From positions 3,296,001-3,360,000 of the forward strand of contig CBDASK010000003.1 in the NCBI GenBank assembly GCA_965199495.1: DNA of 64,000 bases. The letters are read 5' to 3'. A model generated the notes under the pieces. It saw only the letters and a list, made by a program, of their open reading frames with translations. It was not told the origin of the DNA and did no database searches. The translations under genes and the position numbers were made by a program. Of the stretch, positions 58,815 to 64,000 are shown piece after piece. How positions within the stretch are numbered: the stretch's first letter is position 1; each line of letters opens with the position of its first letter. This DNA comes from Abditibacterium sp. Its GTDB lineage: Bacteria; Armatimonadota; Abditibacteriia; Abditibacteriales; Abditibacteriaceae.

Positions 58815-59708
58815 ATGAAAAAACCGGTTTTGCTCATCTTTGTCAACGCGATGATTTTGATCGTCGTGTTCGCTCTGTTGGCTCAATCGCTATTTATTGT
58901 GCAGCGCATCGCGCAGACGAGTGATGTCAGTGGAATCGTCGAAGTACAGCGCCGGGGCAAAGGCGAGTTTCAAGTTTTAGGCAACAATCAAACTGTGGCC
59001 GTCGGCGATGTCGTGCGCACCGGAGCCAACGGCCACGTCGAGTTCCTCTGGGCCGACCAAACGCGCTGGAAACTGATGCCCGGCTCGCAACTGACGGTCG
59101 CCAACGCCACGATAAATGCGGCCAAACACGCCGAAAACGCGTGTTTCCAATTGGACGAGGGCAAGTTATTTGTGCGCATTGTCAAGCCAATTCAGGCCGG
59201 TTCGTCGTTTGAAGTCAGCACGCCCAACGCCACGGCGAGGGTGACGGGCACGGTTTTCAGCATCGAAGTTCAACCCGGCGGCGCGACCTGCGTCGAATCT
59301 TACGCTGGGCAAGTAAATATGGAAAGCGGGGGCCATCACGCTTTGGTGATGGCGGGCACGGCGGGCGTCACTGGCCCCGATGCGATTGAGATGATGCCGA
59401 TGTCGGGCGCCGATTTTCGCGCGCAAGCCGACTTGGTTCGTCCCAATCTGAGCGCGCGCGCCCAAGCTCTCAAAGGCGCGGCGGCGTTTGTCACCGGCTC
59501 GACCGAAGCGGGCAACCTTGTCAAAATCAACGGCAAGCGCGCTTTGGTTCTGGGCAACGGCGGTTTCGGTCGTCGCTGCACTTTGGAACCGGGCCTCAAC
59601 CAATGGACGATTATCGCGACCGATAAACACGGCGCGCAATCGCAAGTGTGTCGCGCGCTGAACTATGACGCCAGCGCGGGCACGGCGCGCGTGGCTGCTT
59701 GCGGGTGA
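58815..59708 (+). CDS. FecR-domain protein with C-terminal Ig-like domain
   Basis: N-terminal TM; GDVVRTG, FEVSTPNATARVTGT; Ig-like VTGSTEAG..INGK..LEPGLN...ATD. Confidence 0.8.
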   Translation: MKKPVLLIFVNAMILIVVFALLAQSLFIVQRIAQTSDVSGIVEVQRRGKGEFQVLGNNQTVAVGDVVRTGANGHVEFLWADQTRWKLMPGSQLTVANATINAAKHAENACFQLDEGKLFVRIVKPIQAGSSFEVSTPNATARVTGTVFSIEVQPGGATCVESYAGQVNMESGGHHALVMAGTAGVTGPDAIEMMPMSGADFRAQADLVRPNLSARAQALKGAAAFVTGSTEAGNLVKINGKRALVLGNGGFGRRCTLEPGLNQWTIIATDKHGAQSQVCRALNYDASAGTARVAACG

Positions 59709-59764
59709 ACGGGATTTGGCGCGACATCTGGAAATTTTTCTTCTATCAATTCGGCCAATTCGGC

Positions 59765-59949
59765 GTTGCGTAAAAATCCGCGCCTGTCATTTCGAGTGAG
59801 GCACGAACCGAGAAATCTTTCGGCCCCGCGCCAGCGGATGTAATGCGAAGCCCGAAAGTGAAGCCGTTGTGAACTTGCGCTGCCGCGCGGGCGAAAGATT
59901 TCTCGGTTCGTGCCTCACTCGAAATGACAGGCGCGGATTTTTACGCAAC
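59765..59949. repeat. GTCATTTCGAG-type palindromic element
   Basis: 58-bp perfect IR 59765-59822 / 59892-59949; arms and loop ends are homologous to 15215-15351. Confidence 0.9.
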
Positions 59950-60085
59950 ATCTATCGCCATTAACACGCAACGCAAATTCTCACTATTCTTCTGATTGCT
60001 GTGGTTTTTTGTGCCCGCGCGCGTCACACTGATTGGTTCTTCCTTTTTGGAGAACGATTTACGCGGGGCCAAAATCCCGGCTGAT

Positions 60086-61423
60086 ATGAAAAAAGCTCTC
60101 GAACCTCTAATTCTTTCGTGGCGCGTGCGCGAACTGCGCAATCGCATCCTCTTCGTAATGGGCGCCATCATGGTTTACGTGTTGGCGCTCCACGTCCCAA
60201 TTCCAAACGTTGACCATGCCGCGCTCAAAAAGCTGTTCGCGCAAAGCGGCGGCGTGCTGGATTTTATTGACATTTTCGGCGGCGGCGCCCTGCGCAAACT
60301 CTCGATTTTGGCGTTGGGCATCATGCCTTATATCACGTCGTCCATTATCTTTCAGGTCTTGACAATTGCCTTTCCCTACTTCAAAGATTTGCAAAACGAA
60401 GGCGAATATGGCCGCCGCAAAATGGCGCAGTGGACGCGTTGGGCTGCGATTGGTCTGACCTTGATTCAGGCGGTTGTGGCGACCAAGGCGTTTCAGGCGC
60501 CCGGCTTTGGCATTCTGGCGCCCGGTCTGCCGATCTTCTTCGAGTCGGTTTTGTCCTTGACGGCAGGCACGATGTTCCTGATTTGGCTGGGCGAGCAGAT
60601 GACCACGCGCGGCGTGGGCAACGGCATTTCGTTCATCATCTTCGCGGGCATTGTGGCGCGTTTGCCGCTGCAAATCGGCGAAATGGTTAAAACCGGCGCG
60701 ATTTTCCAGTTGTTCTTGCTGTTCGTCGTGTTCGTCGCGACGATCTGGATTATCATCACGGTCACGCAGGGCGAGCGTCGCATTCCGGTGAAATACGCGC
60801 CTCGTCAAGCCGGACAGCGTATGGTGCAGGGCCAGCGTTCGTATTTGCCGCTCAAAATGGCGGCGGCGGGCGTGATTCCGATCATCTTCGCGATTTCGAT
60901 TGTTTTGTTTCCCGGACAAATCGCGACGTGGTATCTGGGCGCGCATCAAGCCGACGTAGGCACAACCATGTTCAATTTCGCGCAAAGTGTGCAGCAATGG
61001 TTTTCACCGCGTAGCTGGTTCGCCTCGTTGTGCTATGGCGGTCTGGTGATGCTGTTCACCTATTTCTACACGGCAGTGTTGTTCGACGTGCGCGATTTGG
61101 CCGACAACCTCAAGCGTTATGGCGGACAAATTCAAGGCTATGCGCCCGGACGCCCGACCGAAATTTTCATCAACCGCGTGTTGACGCGCATCACTTTCGC
61201 GGGCGGTTTGTTCCTCGCTTTGGTCGCGCTGATGCAATGGTGGATGCCGACGATTTTGCAGTTGCCCCAAACGTCGGGCGCCGCCGGTTCGCTCTTGGTT
61301 GGCGGCACCAGTTTGCTGATTGTGGTCGGCGTGGCTCTTGAGATCATGCAGAACTTAGATCAGCAACTCAAGATGCGCCAATACGAAGGTTTCGCCAATA
61401 AAACGGGCAAAGGCCGTTTGTAA
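60086..61423 (+). CDS. secY: preprotein translocase subunit SecY
   Basis: Start ATG 60086; LSILALGIMPYITSSI, WLGEQMT.RGVGNGIS, GERRIPV, AGVIPIIFA, GGTSLLIVVGV. Confidence 0.96.
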   Translation: MKKALEPLILSWRVRELRNRILFVMGAIMVYVLALHVPIPNVDHAALKKLFAQSGGVLDFIDIFGGGALRKLSILALGIMPYITSSIIFQVLTIAFPYFKDLQNEGEYGRRKMAQWTRWAAIGLTLIQAVVATKAFQAPGFGILAPGLPIFFESVLSLTAGTMFLIWLGEQMTTRGVGNGISFIIFAGIVARLPLQIGEMVKTGAIFQLFLLFVVFVATIWIIITVTQGERRIPVKYAPRQAGQRMVQGQRSYLPLKMAAAGVIPIIFAISIVLFPGQIATWYLGAHQADVGTTMFNFAQSVQQWFSPRSWFASLCYGGLVMLFTYFYTAVLFDVRDLADNLKRYGGQIQGYAPGRPTEIFINRVLTRITFAGGLFLALVALMQWWMPTILQLPQTSGAAGSLLVGGTSLLIVVGVALEIMQNLDQQLKMRQYEGFANKTGKGRL

Positions 61424-61446
61424 ATTTAAAATTCCGCCGTTAATTT

Positions 61447-61514
61447 AAGGCTCAAGGGCTACGGCAAAAGCGTGTTTTTGGACGCGTTCTTGCCATAACT
61501 CTTGAGCCTTTTTG
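61447..61514 (+). terminator. degenerate hairpin with T-tract after secY
   Basis: AAGGCTCAAG...CTTGAGCCTTTTT imperfect long stem. Confidence 0.5.
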
Positions 61515-61576
61515 TTATCCCAAATATTTTTCCAACTTTCCCTTTGCTTTTGTCGTTTTAAAGTTCGTCTTCTCCT

Positions 61577-62881
61577 ATGAATATCCTTGGCCTTGGCCGT
61601 GCTTCCGATAAAGACTTGGAATCCGAAGCGGAAAACGTGGCGCCGGTAAACCCAAACGCCGATGTCATCACGCCCGATGACATCGTGGCGGGCGATGCAG
61701 CCACGGCGGGCGCGTTGCTCGCGGGCGAACTCGAAATCAGGCCGTTCACGCAATACGAGAATATGCGGCGGTTTCTGTTTTTATGCTTCGGCATATTGGG
61801 CGCGGCGCTGCTTTTATTTGCTTTGGGCAAGTTCGTGATGTTGCTGGTCGTGGTTTTATTTTTGTCCACCGTTCTGAACCCCGCCGTCGTCTGGCTGGAA
61901 AAGAGGCGTCTGCCGCGCGGACTGGCCGTCGTTTTGGTGATGCTGGGACTTATCGGAGTGATGGTGGGCGTCGGGTTTTTGGTGGTGCCGCCGATTATCG
62001 AGCAGAGCAGTTCATTGGCCACGCAAAAAGATGTTTACAGCCGCAACATCGCCGATCAACTGCAAATCGTTCTCGACCGTTTTCCTCAACTCAAATCGCT
62101 CTTGCCCGCCGGTGTCAGAAATGCCGATGATTTGAAAGATGTCGGCAATGCGCTGTCTCCGCAAATGGAAAATTGGTTCAAAACGCACTCGGACGATTTG
62201 TCCAAATGGGCGGTCGCGGCAGTCAGCGCGACGCTGAGTGGTGCGCTCACGTTTTTGCTGGCGCTGTTGCTCACGACGTTTATTTTGCTCAATCCGGCGC
62301 CGCTCGTTTCGGGTTTTTTGTGCGCCGTGCCCTCTCGCTACCGCAACGCGGCAGGCCGCTCGATTGGGCGCATCCAAAATCAAATGCTCGCGTGGATTCG
62401 CGCGACTTTGATCAACGGTTTGATTACCGGCGTTTCCACGGGATTGTTATTGTGGTGGATCGGCGTCAAACCGGCGTTGGTTTTTGGCGCGCTCGCCTTC
62501 TTTGGCGAATTCATTCCAAATATTGGCCCGTTTATCGCGGCAGTTCCGGCATTGTTTGTGGCGGCGGGCATGGGCGGCAAAACGTTCTTGCTGACGGGCG
62601 CGGCGATTTTGTTTGTGCAGCAGGTCGAAAGCAATCTTTTGGTGCCGTTCATCATGGGCAAACAATTGGAGTTGCACCCGTTTTCGATCATCTTTTTCGC
62701 GCTTGCCTTCGGCAGTTTGTTCGGGTTGGCGGGAGCGATTTTGGCGGTTCCGGCGGCGGCAGTGGTCAAAGTGTTGTTCGATGAATTTTACCTGATGCCC
62801 AATCGTGTGCCCGAACCCGCCATCGCGCACAGCAGCGAAGTTTTGGTGCGCGAGCGCGAGTGGCAGGCGCCGCAAAATTAA
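61577..62881 (+). CDS. AI-2E family transporter (PerM-like)
   Basis: Motifs LNPAV..LE, FIPNIGP, QQVESNLLVP.IMG and LHP..G.LFG..GAILAVP. Confidence 0.92.
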   Translation: MNILGLGRASDKDLESEAENVAPVNPNADVITPDDIVAGDAATAGALLAGELEIRPFTQYENMRRFLFLCFGILGAALLLFALGKFVMLLVVVLFLSTVLNPAVVWLEKRRLPRGLAVVLVMLGLIGVMVGVGFLVVPPIIEQSSSLATQKDVYSRNIADQLQIVLDRFPQLKSLLPAGVRNADDLKDVGNALSPQMENWFKTHSDDLSKWAVAAVSATLSGALTFLLALLLTTFILLNPAPLVSGFLCAVPSRYRNAAGRSIGRIQNQMLAWIRATLINGLITGVSTGLLLWWIGVKPALVFGALAFFGEFIPNIGPFIAAVPALFVAAGMGGKTFLLTGAAILFVQQVESNLLVPFIMGKQLELHPFSIIFFALAFGSLFGLAGAILAVPAAAVVKVLFDEFYLMPNRVPEPAIAHSSEVLVREREWQAPQN

Positions 62882-62903
62882 TTAACAAATTTCAGTAACC
62901 GTT

Positions 62904-64000
62904 ATGCCCCAAACCAACTCGTCCAATTTCGCTCCTTTTACCGATGATATTTTCGGTTCGCAGGCGGAACTTGACGCGTTAGCCGAACGCGGCGGCCATG
63001 ACGAGGAGATCGTCATTAACCTGTTTCGCCGTTTGCGCGAGGCGCGCGCGGGCGACCGCGACACGGTGCGCGGCGGCAATCCCAGCTCGCTGCGCGATCA
63101 CTTGGTGATGGTTCATGCGCCTTTGGTCGAACACTGCGCGCGCAATTTCAAGGCATCGGGCGAGCCGCTCGACGACTTGGTGCAGGAAGGTTACGTCGGA
63201 TTAATCAAGGCGGTTGACCGTTTCGATCCCGACAAAAACATCAAGTTTTCGACCTACGCTTGCCATCTCATCGTCGGCGAAATCCGCCATTATTTGCGCG
63301 ATCTGGGACGCATTATTCACGAGCCGGGCTGGCACTTCGAGTTGCGCCAACGCATCACCAAAACCGCCGATGCTTTGGTGCAGCAGACCGGACAGCAACC
63401 CACGCCCGAACAGATCGCCAGTCATTTGGGCGTGAAAGTCGAGACGGTGCGCGAAGTTCTCGAACGCGTGCAGACGCTGCGCGTGGAATCGCTCGACGAA
63501 CCGCAGGGCGACGATGAAAGCGGCGCGACCGCTCTACTCGAACGATTCGACGCGCGGCCCCACAGCCACCGCCAAGGCGACGAAGGGCGCATCGAAGATT
63601 CGATGTTTCTCGAAGACGCCCTGCCGCAACTCAAGGCGCTGGAACAGCAGGCGCTAACGATGTTCTTTTTCGACGAGCTTTCCAAATCGGAAATCGCGCG
63701 GCGTCTGGGCATTTCGGTCAACTATTCGGCCTATCTCATCCGGCGTGGGACGGAGGCGTTGCGGCGCATTTTGGAAACCACCGAGCCGATTCCCGGCGCG
63801 CAGTTGGCGGCTTCGGCGTGGGCACAGCAACAGGTGCGCGCGACGTATTTGCTCGAACTCGCCAAAAACGCCGGGCAGGGCGACGAGCGGCGGACTTTTC
63901 GTCCACCGCACCAAATCGCGGCACCCAACAAAAATAGCATCGCCAGCCTGACCCAATTTTCCGGCTGGCTGGACGACGAAGTCGCGCGCGTCGGGCGCTA
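62904..64000 (+). CDS. SigB/SigF-like sigma-70 factor with C-terminal extension (runs off the window)
   Basis: Not in the ORF track; translated by hand from ATG 62904: DDLVQEGYVGLIKAVDRFDP..KFSTYACHLIVGEIRHYLRD, PTPEQIA, SLD, SKSEIARRLGIS. Frame is open to 64000. Confidence 0.9.
   Translation, partial: MPQTNSSNFAPFTDDIFGSQAELDALAERGGHDEEIVINLFRRLREARAGDRDTVRGGNPSSLRDHLVMVHAPLVEHCARNFKASGEPLDDLVQEGYVGLIKAVDRFDPDKNIKFSTYACHLIVGEIRHYLRDLGRIIHEPGWHFELRQRITKTADALVQQTGQQPTPEQIASHLGVKVETVREVLERVQTLRVESLDEPQGDDESGATALLERFDARPHSHRQGDEGRIEDSMFLEDALPQLKALEQQALTMFFFDELSKSEIARRLGISVNYSAYLIRRGTEALRRILETTEPIPGAQLAASAWAQQQVRATYLLELAKNAGQGDERRTFRPPHQIAAPNKNSIASLTQFSGWLDDEVARVGR

Overview
Bacterial chromosomal window, GC-rich in coding regions and AT-rich between genes, with about 50 protein-coding genes and no tRNA, rRNA, CRISPR array or transposase that I could find. 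The prepilin/H-X9-DG protein and the FG-GAP/ASPIC-UnbV cluster suggest an Armatimonadota/Abditibacteriota-like organism (inference). Content: cofactor genes (pdxS, folB, folK, panD, cbiX-like, pduO-like), a GH51 arabinofuranosidase, lon plus hsp20, aroK, proA, an 8-gene Wzx/Wzy-type polysaccharide cluster, gnd, comEA, a 4-gene FG-GAP/UnbV plus RnfD-like (UnbU-like) cluster, a stand-alone C-terminal half of carB, a csp gene, a PIN toxin-antitoxin pair, nif3, mazG, a prsA-like gene, yebC, a lone secY, and a SigB/F-like sigma factor running off the end. Two DNA-level signals stand out. (1) A non-palindromic motif, core CGTGGCTGC (extended CGVCGTGGCTGCW), occurs at least 25 times exactly. It shows no strand bias and falls in several reading frames, so it is a candidate DNA-uptake-sequence-like or other genome-wide signal. 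(2) Many intergenic gaps hold inverted-repeat elements from several families, with perfect arms up to 128 bp; one includes the last codons of both flanking genes. All counts and alignments were made by eye and need computational confirmation.
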